Below are positions 27,479 to 36,059 of a stretch of 47,576 nucleotides of DNA, piece after piece. Within the stretch, counting starts at the first letter, position 1; each line of letters opens with the position of its first letter. Under the pieces are notes generated by a model. That model did no database searches. It saw only the letters and a list, made by a program, of their open reading frames with translations, and was not told where the DNA came from. The stretch covers positions 1 to 47,576 of the forward strand of contig JANWIN010000006.1 of assembly GCA_025449905.1 (NCBI GenBank), in the 5' to 3' direction. Position numbers and translations under genes: made by a program. This DNA comes from Candidatus Saccharimonadales bacterium (GTDB taxonomy: Bacteria; Patescibacteriota; Saccharimonadia; Saccharimonadales; JANWIN01).

Positions 27479-28705
27479 GTGCCGAGAGACAAAAATAATA
27501 GCGAGGAAAGTGCTAAAAAGCCTATAAAATGGCCGAGACTGGCCGCTAATATTGCAGTTGCAGTCGCCATTTTTGGTTTTGGTTGGGCTATTGGTAATGG
27601 CAAGATTGGTGTTGATAGCGTTTTTCAGCGTTCACTTAATAAAGATTTACCCAAAAATCTGGATTATTCCAGTGTTGAGCAGGTTTATGATTCACTCCGG
27701 TCAAATTATGCCGGCAATTTAGACCTACAAAAGCTCCTCGATGGCCTAAAATCAGGTTTAGTCGAAGGCTCTGGCGACCCTTACAGCGAGTTTTTAAGTA
27801 GTGAGGAAGCTAAGAAGTTTAACGATCAGCTGTCCGGCTCGTTTAGCGGCATAGGCGCTGAGCTTAGCAAAGATAGTAAAACCGGCAACATTGTCGTGGT
27901 TTCGCCAATTGCCGGCTATCCAGCCGATAAGGCTGGACTGCGTCCTAAAGACGTTATTACAGCTGTAGACGGCCAAAATATTGCAAACAGCAGCATATCA
28001 GAGGCTGTCAATCGTATACGTGGACCAGTCGGTACGGTAGTTAACTTAAAAATATTAAGAAATAACACTAAGGAGCTAGAACTTAAAATAACTAGAGCCA
28101 AAATAACCATCCCAAGTGTTAAGTCTAAGGTGTTAGATGGTCGGAACGGTTACATCCAAGTATCAACTTTTATAGACAACACCGCCGAATTAACCCGTCA
28201 AGCAGTAGAGAGGTTAAAAGACCAAAACGTAAAAGGCATTGTTCTTGATTTAAGAGGCAATCCTGGCGGACTTTTGGATTCTGCTATCAATATATCTAGT
28301 CTTTGGCTGAACAATAAAGTTGTTCTTTTTGAAAAGCGGGGAAGTGAAGTAGTAAAAACCTTTAAATCGGACAGTAATCCGATACTTCAGGGAGTGCCAA
28401 CAGTGGTGTTAATAGACGAAGGCAGTGCCAGTGCTAGCGAAATAGTGGCTGGAGCCTTGCGAGATAATGGGGTTGCCATCCTAATTGGCAAGAAATCCTT
28501 CGGTAAAGGTAGTGTCCAGCAATTAATTAATTTAGGTAATGGCGCCCAGCTAAAAGTGACTATTGCTAAATGGTACACACCAGATGATAAAAATATCGAC
28601 AAACAGGGTATCACTCCAGATAAAATTGTTAAATTTACTGATGAGGACGCTAAAAATAACCGTGATCCGCAGTTAGATGCGGCGCTAGAGTTTTTGAAGA
28701 AGTAA
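27479..28705 (+). CDS. ctpA: S41 family carboxy-terminal processing protease with a PDZ domain
   Basis: PDZ (SPIAGYPADKAGLRPKD), LDLRGNPGG, Ser (EGSASASEI) and Lys (FGKGSVQ) dyad contexts. GTG start 6 nt after TACAAT (27467-27472). Confidence 0.88.
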   Translation: MPRDKNNSEESAKKPIKWPRLAANIAVAVAIFGFGWAIGNGKIGVDSVFQRSLNKDLPKNLDYSSVEQVYDSLRSNYAGNLDLQKLLDGLKSGLVEGSGDPYSEFLSSEEAKKFNDQLSGSFSGIGAELSKDSKTGNIVVVSPIAGYPADKAGLRPKDVITAVDGQNIANSSISEAVNRIRGPVGTVVNLKILRNNTKELELKITRAKITIPSVKSKVLDGRNGYIQVSTFIDNTAELTRQAVERLKDQNVKGIVLDLRGNPGGLLDSAINISSLWLNNKVVLFEKRGSEVVKTFKSDSNPILQGVPTVVLIDEGSASASEIVAGALRDNGVAILIGKKSFGKGSVQQLINLGNGAQLKVTIAKWYTPDDKNIDKQGITPDKIVKFTDEDAKNNRDPQLDAALEFLKK

Positions 28706-28738
28706 GGCAATTTCGCGCTGGTTTCACCAGCTACCCGA

Positions 28739-28768
28739 GATACTTTTGTCTCCAGCAACAAAAGTATC
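28739..28768. other. Perfect 11-bp stem hairpin (GATACTTTTGT / ACAAAAGTATC, 8-nt loop) in the ctpA-pyrG spacer
   Basis: Read directly. It is preceded by a 6-bp hairpin, GCTGGT-TTC-ACCAGC, at 28717-28731. No U-tract follows on either strand. Confidence 0.6.
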
Positions 28769-29102
28769 CAAAAATGCCGCAGGCGACTGTCAGCACTTTA
28801 TGATTTCATAGTCAAAAGACACAATATTCGGAGAACTCTTCGCTAATCACTCCTCAAACATCTCCTCACTCTAAATGTGTTTTTGACATTCACTCATCAG
28901 GAACTGCCAGAGCCTGGAAGGAAATGCCTATGCTTGCAATACAGCAAGGATAGAAGATAGTGGTGGTGCATTGTGGCAAAACCCATGATACTTACCGGGC
29001 GGTTCACTAAGAGAAGCGTTTTTGTAAAAAATTACTTCTTGCTATCTGTAAGGTGTTAGGGTAGCATTAAGACTATATTAAAAGAGGTAAGGATGAGGAG
29101 AA

Positions 29103-30713
29103 GTGGCAAAACGGCCAACTAAGTTCATTTTTGTTACAGGTGGTGTGCTTTCCGGACTCGGCAAGGGCATCACAGCCGCCTCAATCGGTAACCTCTTAAA
29201 AGCCCGAAAACTCAAAGTCAACATTCAAAAATGTGACCCGTATCTAAATGTTGATGCCGGCACACTTAACCCACGTGAACACGGTGAATGTTTTGTAACC
29301 AAAGATGGGGCTGAAACAGATCTGGATCTTGGCCATTATGAGCGGTTTTTAGATGAGGAATTATCCAGTTCTAGCAGCTTAATGAGCGGCCGAGTACTCC
29401 TTAAAGTTATTCAAGATGAGCGAGCTGGTAAGTACGAGGGCGATGACGTCCAAATTATTCCCCACCTAACCGGTGCGATACAGGACTATATTATTAATGC
29501 CGGCAAGGGCTACGATGTTCATATTGTCGAGATTGGCGGCACAGTCGGTGACTACGAAAGTTTGAGTTTTGTTGAGGCAATTCGCGAACTTGGTATGCGC
29601 GTCGGACAAGAAAATTGTATTTACGTCCATGTTGTTTATCTACCATTTTTGGGAGCCAGCCAGGAAATCAAGACCAAGCCGGCTCAAAACTCGGTACGCG
29701 AGCTAAGAAGTCTGGGTGTGACACCCGATATCTTAGTTGGCCGCAGCGAAAGGCAGGCCAATGAAAACGTCAAGCGCAAGCTTAGCTTATTTAGCGGTGT
29801 TGAGCCCAGCGCCATTGCACTATTGCCAAATGCGCCCAGTATTTACGAAGTACCTCTAACCCTAGAAGATACCAAGATTGCCGATGTTATATGTAAAAAA
29901 TTAGGTGTTAAAGCCTCTAAGCCAAAACTAAAAGATTGGCGGGATGTCGTCAAACGAGCAACCTCTAAGCACAAAAAGAAAATAACTGTTGGCGTAGTAG
30001 CCAAGTATATGGATAATACTGATACTTATATGTCGGTTTTTGAAGCCTTGCAGTCAGCGGCTTGGTGGAGCGACGCAGATATAAAAATTAGGTGGATAGA
30101 GGCCGAAGGACTAGAAAAAAAGAAAGACATAAGTAAGATTATTAACGGTGTTGATGGCATTTTAGTACCCGGTGGTTTTGGTACCCGTGGCCTGGAAGGC
30201 AAGATTAAAGCCGCCCAGTATGCCCTGCAAAAGAAGGTCCCATATCTTGGATTATGCTTAGGCCTTCAAATGGGGGTCATCGCCGCCGCCAGGCTAAATG
30301 GCTTAACCAAAGCCAGCTCTACCGAGCTTGATTCTAAAACTCCGGACCCGGTTATTGATACTATGGCTGACCAACGGGGCAAGGAAAATACCGGCGGCAC
30401 CATGCGGCTAGGCGACTATCCTTGCAATATAGACAAACAGAGCCTGACCGCCAAACTATATAAAGCGAATAAGATTACCGAGCGCCATCGGCATCGCTAT
30501 GAGTGCAACAATAATTATCGTGATTTATATGAATCGTGGGGAATTAAAGCCGTTGGTACTTCACCCGATGGCCGCTTAGTAGAGATTATCGAAGGCCTAA
30601 ATCACCCATTTTTTGTGGCCAGTCAATTTCATCCCGAATTTAGGTCGCGGCCTAACCGCCCGCACCCAATGTTTAAGGGATTTATCGAGTCTTGCAAACG
30701 AGCGAATGGCTGA
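29103..30713 (+). CDS. pyrG: CTP synthase
   Basis: FIFVTGGVLSGLGKGITAAS N-terminus and a GATase domain with GLCLGLQ and HRHRYE motifs. GTG start with a purine-rich SD. Confidence 0.97.
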   Translation: MAKRPTKFIFVTGGVLSGLGKGITAASIGNLLKARKLKVNIQKCDPYLNVDAGTLNPREHGECFVTKDGAETDLDLGHYERFLDEELSSSSSLMSGRVLLKVIQDERAGKYEGDDVQIIPHLTGAIQDYIINAGKGYDVHIVEIGGTVGDYESLSFVEAIRELGMRVGQENCIYVHVVYLPFLGASQEIKTKPAQNSVRELRSLGVTPDILVGRSERQANENVKRKLSLFSGVEPSAIALLPNAPSIYEVPLTLEDTKIADVICKKLGVKASKPKLKDWRDVVKRATSKHKKKITVGVVAKYMDNTDTYMSVFEALQSAAWWSDADIKIRWIEAEGLEKKKDISKIINGVDGILVPGGFGTRGLEGKIKAAQYALQKKVPYLGLCLGLQMGVIAAARLNGLTKASSTELDSKTPDPVIDTMADQRGKENTGGTMRLGDYPCNIDKQSLTAKLYKANKITERHRHRYECNNNYRDLYESWGIKAVGTSPDGRLVEIIEGLNHPFFVASQFHPEFRSRPNRPHPMFKGFIESCKRANG

Positions 30714-30750
30714 ATTGTAAATTAACGGTCTCTATTGTAACATTAGCTTT

Positions 30751-31293
30751 ATGGACCAATCTGCACCGCCAACGCCAGCGCAAAATTTAGAGCGCCAGCG
30801 TAAAATCCTGCTGGTCGAAGACGATGATAACCTGGCAAACGTTTATTTAACTCGTCTTAAAGCTGAAGGTTTTGATGTTAAGCGAGTGCCAAACGGCGAA
30901 GATGCTTTAGCCAGCGCTATCGAATATCGGCCGGACTTAATTTTACTCGATGTTATGATGCCTAAGGTTAGTGGCTTTGATGTGCTCGATATTCTTAGAA
31001 ACACACCAGAGACGGCCAACATGAAGGTTATTATGCTTACTGCCTTGAGCCAGGAAAGCGACAAGCAACGAGCCAATTCGCTAGGAGTTGATGATTATTT
31101 AGTAAAGTCACAAGTAGTAATTGCCGATGTCGTAGAGCGTATAAAGCATCATTTAGGCCTAGAACAAATAGCTGGGGCGCAAGTAGCCCCCGGTCAGACA
31201 CACGATCAACCAATTGCTCCTCAGCCCGCCCAGGTATCACCGGCACCGCAAACTCCAGCAGCCTCACAAACTCCCCCAACCCCAGCCCAGTGA
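30751..31293 (+). CDS. Stand-alone response-regulator receiver domain with a P/Q/A-rich C-terminal tail and no output domain
   Basis: Canonical REC residues are present (VEDDD, LILLDVMMP, IMLTA, LVKS). The last roughly 45 aa are low-complexity (APQPAQVSPAPQTPAASQTPPTPAQ). Confidence 0.85.
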   Translation: MDQSAPPTPAQNLERQRKILLVEDDDNLANVYLTRLKAEGFDVKRVPNGEDALASAIEYRPDLILLDVMMPKVSGFDVLDILRNTPETANMKVIMLTALSQESDKQRANSLGVDDYLVKSQVVIADVVERIKHHLGLEQIAGAQVAPGQTHDQPIAPQPAQVSPAPQTPAASQTPPTPAQ

Positions 31294-31295
31294 AA

Positions 31296-31568
31296 TTATT
31301 CGACGGTAACTTCGGTGCGGCGGACAGTTTTACCGCTAAAAAGGCGGACTTTTCGTTGTTTAAATTGAACTACGCCGTCTTTAGCGGCGTGAATTGTATA
31401 ATTTCGGCTAACAAAGGTACCTTTGCCGGGTCGTTTGGTCATACCAACCTGGCGGACAATAACTTGGCCAGTTTTTACTTTTTCGCCGCCAAATAGTTTA
31501 ACCCCTAGGCGTTGACCTGGGCTATCATGAACATTTTTGGCTGTACCACCGGCTTTGACGTGACTCAT
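31296..31568 (-). CDS. rpmA: 50S ribosomal protein L27
   Basis: MSHVKAGGTAKNVHDSPGQRLGVK is the L27 signature. Confidence 0.95.
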   Translation of the reverse strand: MSHVKAGGTAKNVHDSPGQRLGVKLFGGEKVKTGQVIVRQVGMTKRPGKGTFVSRNYTIHAAKDGVVQFKQRKVRLFSGKTVRRTEVTVE

Positions 31569-31569
31569 A

Positions 31570-32778
31570 TTACTTCCTTATAAGCGTTACTAGTTCGCGG
31601 CCAACAATTTGGCCCTCGCGGTGATAAATTAAATCGTCTCCGCTAGCGTGAACAAAACTCACACGATTGTAACCTAATTCCTCGAGAGAAGCAAGGATGG
31701 GTAAATGAGTAAAACCACCGCTATTTTTCCAAGCCGGCAGGCCTAGGGTCAGCCTAAAACCAGACTTAGTTTGGACGCTCAAGTTTTTCAGGAATTTTTT
31801 AATGATGGTGTTAACGTCGCTAAGTGTTTGCTTTAAGTCTTCAACCTTTGGCGTAGTAGAGAAGGCTCGGCCCAAATAAACTTCACTTGCGACAAAATCA
31901 AAGGATTTGTCCCATTGGTGCTTTATGGCATCACCCTCCTCAACCAAATAACTAAATGGCGGATGGGAAAATGTTTCCCCTAGCCAATCCATGTTGGCTT
32001 TAGTGTGTTCAACCATTCTAGGCTCAATATCACTGCCATAGGCGTTATAGCCCATCAGTGCAGCCTCTTGCAAAATAACGCCGGTGCCGCAAAACGGATC
32101 TAGTACTGCTTTATTTTTAGATTGGGGCTCTGCACAGTTTTTACCAGCCGGTTCAGCCTCACCAGCGGCTAGATTAATAATAATTTGGGCCAACTTGGGC
32201 GGCAGCATGCCGACCTTCATGTCGCGCTTGGGCCTTGAGCGGTCTCGCAGGGTGTAGGCTTCAATATCCTGGACAGCAATACTTTGGGCTAGTATTGTTT
32301 GCTTTTCATCTTTGACAACCACCAATTCCCAGCCTAACTGACTAGTCAATTTGTTATGTAAAACCGAAGCAGCGTTTAAAGCTTTTTCATTATTTGGAAC
32401 AATACGCACCGAACGCTCACTTTTTTGAACAATTTTTTTAAGTCGCAGCCCGGTTTTATTTATTTCATTGGCTGATACTTCGATATCATAAACGCTCAAC
32501 CCTAATCTTAATTTGCCGTCAGGTAAATGGTCTAGGTGCTTGGGAATGGTTTTAGCTAGATAGCTTTCCAGCTCCTTCCAGCTGGCGGTGTCCAGAACAG
32601 TCAAGACTTTTGCGAACTTGACCATGCCGCCTAGACGGTTAAATTCAATCTGACTTGGCTCAATGTCAAGCAAGGTCGCTTGCTCACCAACCAGCCGCAA
32701 CTTACTGCCGCCATACAAACTTTCCAGCTCAGCCAATCCGATTTTTGGCTGGCGGCCTAAAATTATCAAACTCTGCAT
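31570..32778 (-). CDS. SAM-dependent methyltransferase of the UPF0020/Trm11-like putative RNA methylase type
   Basis: Motif I DPFCGTGVILQEAA. The position of the (D/N)PPY motif reads SEVY. ATG at 32778 is preferred over the TTG at 32802: on the minus strand TATACT lies 7 nt upstream of it. Confidence 0.5.
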   Translation of the reverse strand: MQSLIILGRQPKIGLAELESLYGGSKLRLVGEQATLLDIEPSQIEFNRLGGMVKFAKVLTVLDTASWKELESYLAKTIPKHLDHLPDGKLRLGLSVYDIEVSANEINKTGLRLKKIVQKSERSVRIVPNNEKALNAASVLHNKLTSQLGWELVVVKDEKQTILAQSIAVQDIEAYTLRDRSRPKRDMKVGMLPPKLAQIIINLAAGEAEPAGKNCAEPQSKNKAVLDPFCGTGVILQEAALMGYNAYGSDIEPRMVEHTKANMDWLGETFSHPPFSYLVEEGDAIKHQWDKSFDFVASEVYLGRAFSTTPKVEDLKQTLSDVNTIIKKFLKNLSVQTKSGFRLTLGLPAWKNSGGFTHLPILASLEELGYNRVSFVHASGDDLIYHREGQIVGRELVTLIRK

Positions 32779-32804
32779 CTGTCTTAGTATATAATTAACC
32801 AAAT

Positions 32805-33869
32805 ATGAGTCCAGCAGGCGATGGTACGCGGGCTAAGCGCATCAGGTCAGTTATCACTATTGTTACCTTTGTTGCATTAGCGCTTTTAATCTACACTCAG
32901 CGCGATAAAATCGCCGATACTTTCAGTAATTTAGGCAAAGTAAATGCTTTTGCACTGCTACTCATAATTCCTCTGCAAGCTTTAAACTATCACGCCTACA
33001 CCAACCTATATCGTAAAACCTTTAAAATTTTAGGCGTTGATATGCCCTACAAGGATATGCTGAAGATATCGTTAGAAATTAACTTTGTTAATAATATTTT
33101 CCCTAGCGGCGGCCTATCAACCTTTTCCTATGTTGGCTCGCGCATGAAAAAATTCCAAATAACCGGCACCCAGTCGACGCTTATCCAGATGATGCGTTTT
33201 GTCTTGGTATTTATCTCGTTTCAAGTTTTGTTATTTTTGGGACTGTTTTTGCTGGCCATCAACGGCAAAGCCAATAATGTCATGATGCTTATAACCGCCT
33301 CAATTGCCACATTATTATTCTCGTTAACGGCCATTTTTGTGTTTGTAATTGGCAACGAAAAACGTATACATGCCTTTTTTCTGCCAGTTGTAAAACTGAT
33401 TAATAGTTTAGTTCATATAGTTAGGCCGCATAAATCAGACATATTAAACATTGACAGAGTAAAACGCGTTTTTAGTCACTTGCACGAAAACTATCTTGTA
33501 ATTCGTAAAAATTATCAGCAGCTCAAAGCACCGTTTATGTACAGCTTATTGGCTAATTTGACAGAAGTGCTAACGCTATACGTGGTTTACATTGCCTTTA
33601 ACCAATGGGTGAACCCTGGAGCGGTGATTATCGGCTATGCCATTGCCAACTTTGCCGGTGTGATTGCTTTCCACCTGCCGGGCGGGGTAGGCGTGTACGA
33701 AGCTTTAATGACAGCCGTTATGGCGGCCGCTGGCGTACCAGCAGCCATTACGCTGCCAGCCACGGTTATGTATAGGATTTTATCTCAGTCTCTGCAGTTG
33801 CCGCCCGGTTATTACTATTATGCTAAGTTTATGCGCTCCAAGTATAAGAACAAGCCAAAACCGGTATGA
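32805..33869 (+). CDS. Multi-TM membrane protein, UPF0104 / lysylphosphatidylglycerol-synthase-TM-region-like (flippase-like)
   Basis: About 8 TM helices. Size and topology fit that family. Family assignment is from memory of general features only. Confidence 0.4.
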   Translation: MSPAGDGTRAKRIRSVITIVTFVALALLIYTQRDKIADTFSNLGKVNAFALLLIIPLQALNYHAYTNLYRKTFKILGVDMPYKDMLKISLEINFVNNIFPSGGLSTFSYVGSRMKKFQITGTQSTLIQMMRFVLVFISFQVLLFLGLFLLAINGKANNVMMLITASIATLLFSLTAIFVFVIGNEKRIHAFFLPVVKLINSLVHIVRPHKSDILNIDRVKRVFSHLHENYLVIRKNYQQLKAPFMYSLLANLTEVLTLYVVYIAFNQWVNPGAVIIGYAIANFAGVIAFHLPGGVGVYEALMTAVMAAAGVPAAITLPATVMYRILSQSLQLPPGYYYYAKFMRSKYKNKPKPV

Positions 33870-34987
33870 GTGAGCAAATCTGGAGTGTTTCTGACTTTGT
33901 TGCTGTTTTAAACCAAACCCTAGAATTTGCTTACCCGGGCGTCACGATTGTTGGCGAGCTAGCCAATTTTAGAATCAGTAAAAACAAATGGGTTTATTTT
34001 GACTTAAAAGACGAAAACGCCAGCGTGCGCTGTTTTGGGACGGTTTATATGCTACCTGGGCCGCTGGAGGATGGATTGAGCGTTCAAGTTAATGCCGCAC
34101 CGCGTCTGCATCCGCAATTTGGCTTTAGCCTGAATCTTATGAGTATTCTGCCAGTTGGCGAGGGTTCGCTAAGAAGGGCAGCTGCTTTATTAGAAGCCAA
34201 ACTAACCCGTGAGGGATTATTTGATGAAGCCCGCAAGCGGCCCTTACCATATCCGCCGCAAACAATTGGCCTAATAACTTCTGGTGAATCAGCCGCTTAT
34301 GCTGACTTTATAAAGATTACTAATGCCCGGTGGGGCGGGTTAGACATTAAATTAGCTGATATTCAAGTTCAGGGCGAAGCAGCCATAGAACAAATTAGCC
34401 AAGCTATTACTCTTTTTAATCAACTGCCTAAAATACCTGAGGTTTTGGTGCTTATCCGCGGCGGCGGCAGCGCTGATGACCTAATGGCTTTTAATTCTGA
34501 AAGCGTAACTCGTTCGGTCGCCGCTAGTCGAATTCCAACGCTGGTGGCTATCGGCCATGAAATTGATACTAGCCTAGCTGAAAAAGCCGCTGACAAGTGC
34601 GCCAGTACACCAAGCAACGCCGCTGAGCTGCTTACACCGGATAAAAAACACGAACTTGTGCGACTGAAAACAGCCCAATCCAGCCTCAACCAGCATTTGA
34701 GTACAATCACTGATAATTTAAGACAGCAGGTTAAATATTTTGCTGACCAATTTATAAATGTCATGAGGCAAACTTTTAATAATGAACGGCAAAAGCTCGC
34801 AACATCGGCTAACTTGCTAGAAGCTCTTAGTCCTAATGCGGCCCTAATTCGTGGTTACGCAATTTTGCGCAGTGGCGATAGGCTCATAAAAAGCGGCCGC
34901 CAAGTTAGGGAAAATAGCTTAATTAGTGCGCAGGTCAGCGACAGCGTAATTGACGCTCAAGTAAAAAAAGTGGATTACAATAAGTAG
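33866..34987 (+). CDS. xseA: Exodeoxyribonuclease VII large subunit
   Basis: N-terminal OB fold (WSVSDFVAVLNQTLE...VGELANF), and a catalytic region with IRGGGSADDL and GHEID. Confidence 0.9.
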   Translation: MSEQIWSVSDFVAVLNQTLEFAYPGVTIVGELANFRISKNKWVYFDLKDENASVRCFGTVYMLPGPLEDGLSVQVNAAPRLHPQFGFSLNLMSILPVGEGSLRRAAALLEAKLTREGLFDEARKRPLPYPPQTIGLITSGESAAYADFIKITNARWGGLDIKLADIQVQGEAAIEQISQAITLFNQLPKIPEVLVLIRGGGSADDLMAFNSESVTRSVAASRIPTLVAIGHEIDTSLAEKAADKCASTPSNAAELLTPDKKHELVRLKTAQSSLNQHLSTITDNLRQQVKYFADQFINVMRQTFNNERQKLATSANLLEALSPNAALIRGYAILRSGDRLIKSGRQVRENSLISAQVSDSVIDAQVKKVDYNK

Positions 34988-35185
34988 ATGGCCACAAAAC
35001 CCGTAAACTATCAAAAACTCAACAGTGAGTTAGAACAAATTCTAGCCCAAATGCAGAGTGGGGAATTGGATATCGATGAATCGATAAAGCTATATGAGCG
35101 TGGTCAAAAGATTGTTAAAGAACTTCAAACGTACTTAAAAGCTACTGAAAACAAAATCAGCAAAGTCCAAGCTTCCAAGAAGTAA
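34988..35185 (+). CDS. xseB: Exodeoxyribonuclease VII small subunit
   Basis: 65-aa helical protein (LEQILAQMQSGELDIDESIKLYERG) immediately after xseA. Confidence 0.85.
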   Translation: MATKPVNYQKLNSELEQILAQMQSGELDIDESIKLYERGQKIVKELQTYLKATENKISKVQASKK

Positions 35186-35205
35186 TTTATGCTATCATAA
35201 GCAAT

Positions 35206-35868
35206 ATGAGAAAGTTAGATATTAAAGGTGCTATAAATGCGCTTTTGATACCTTTTATTTTAATAATTCTGTTATTTTTAGGAGCCTGCGCGTTTGGCTT
35301 TTGGGCTTATTCCAGCCGGCAGGATTATAAAGATAATGCTGACGCCAAAATAGATAAAGCTGTTGAAGTTGCCGTCCAAATAAATTCAGAAGCCAAAGAC
35401 AAAGAATTTATTCAACGCGAAAAGAAGCCACTGCGAACCTACAACGGCCCCGAAGACTACGGCAGCGTAACGGTTAAATACCCTAAAACCTGGAGTGTTT
35501 ATGCAGTCGAAAGTGCTAATAGTGCAAATCCGGTTGACGCCTATCTTAATCCTGGGTTTGTACCGGGCGTTACAACTCAATCAGCATATGCGCTGCGAGT
35601 TCAGGTGGCACCACGCGGCTATTCTTCCGAAATTCAACGCTTTGATAGTCTAGTCAAAACCGGCAAACTCAAGGCCACACCTTTTAAATTTTCGAAAGTT
35701 CCAAAAATTGTTGGCATGAGACTTAATGGCGAGATTGAAGTAGGCAAACAAGGTAGCATAATCTTAGTTCCGCTTCGCGATAAGACACTCAAGGTCTTTA
35801 CCGAAGCTAGCCAGTTTGTGGATGATTTTGACAAGATAATATTACCGAATCTGTCCTTCTCGCCATAA
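35206..35868 (+). CDS. Membrane-anchored extracytoplasmic protein of unknown function
   Basis: One N-terminal TM helix followed by a soluble domain of about 180 aa. TGcTATCAT (35190-35198) lies 7 nt before the ATG. Confidence 0.5.
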   Translation: MRKLDIKGAINALLIPFILIILLFLGACAFGFWAYSSRQDYKDNADAKIDKAVEVAVQINSEAKDKEFIQREKKPLRTYNGPEDYGSVTVKYPKTWSVYAVESANSANPVDAYLNPGFVPGVTTQSAYALRVQVAPRGYSSEIQRFDSLVKTGKLKATPFKFSKVPKIVGMRLNGEIEVGKQGSIILVPLRDKTLKVFTEASQFVDDFDKIILPNLSFSP

Positions 35869-36059
35869 ATTATTCTGAGATAGCACACTTGGGTCTCTGG
35901 CTAGGCGCTAACGAAGCGCGAACTGAGTGGTATAGCATACAGCGAAGGAGCACTGGAGGTATGCAACACCGCCAGGGGTCAAGAGCATCAGCAGAGTTTT
36001 GAGCTTCGCTCAAAAGCAGGCTATGCGGTGTGAATCTCAGAATTGGTATACTAGGTTAT

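Noticed and set aside
28387-28761. A 124-aa minus-strand ORF overlapping the ctpA 3' end and extending into the spacer.
   Set aside because: Most of it is antisense to ctpA. Nothing supports expression, and the spacer hairpins explain the remaining sequence better.
28891-28900. A CUGAUGA hammerhead-like core lies on the minus strand, followed by a 7-bp stem (UGAAUGU/ACAUUUA).
   Set aside because: The sequence after the stem is GAGU rather than the obligatory GAAA. The G10.1-C11.1 pair is absent. A 7-mer match is expected several times by chance in 47 kb.
28905-28930. GCCAGAGCCUGGAAGGAAAUGCC resembles the SRP RNA helix-8 core (GUCCGGAAGGAAGCAGC).
   Set aside because: Only the GGAAGGAA octamer matches. 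The conserved AGCA of the symmetric loop and the closing pairs of a GNRA tetraloop are missing, and I could not build a 5'/3' closing helix.
35869-36030. I checked this and the other long spacers for tRNA-like features: a T-loop GGTTCRANYCC, D-arm and acceptor pairing.
   Set aside because: No cloverleaf could be built. No T-loop consensus lies in any intergenic region of the window.
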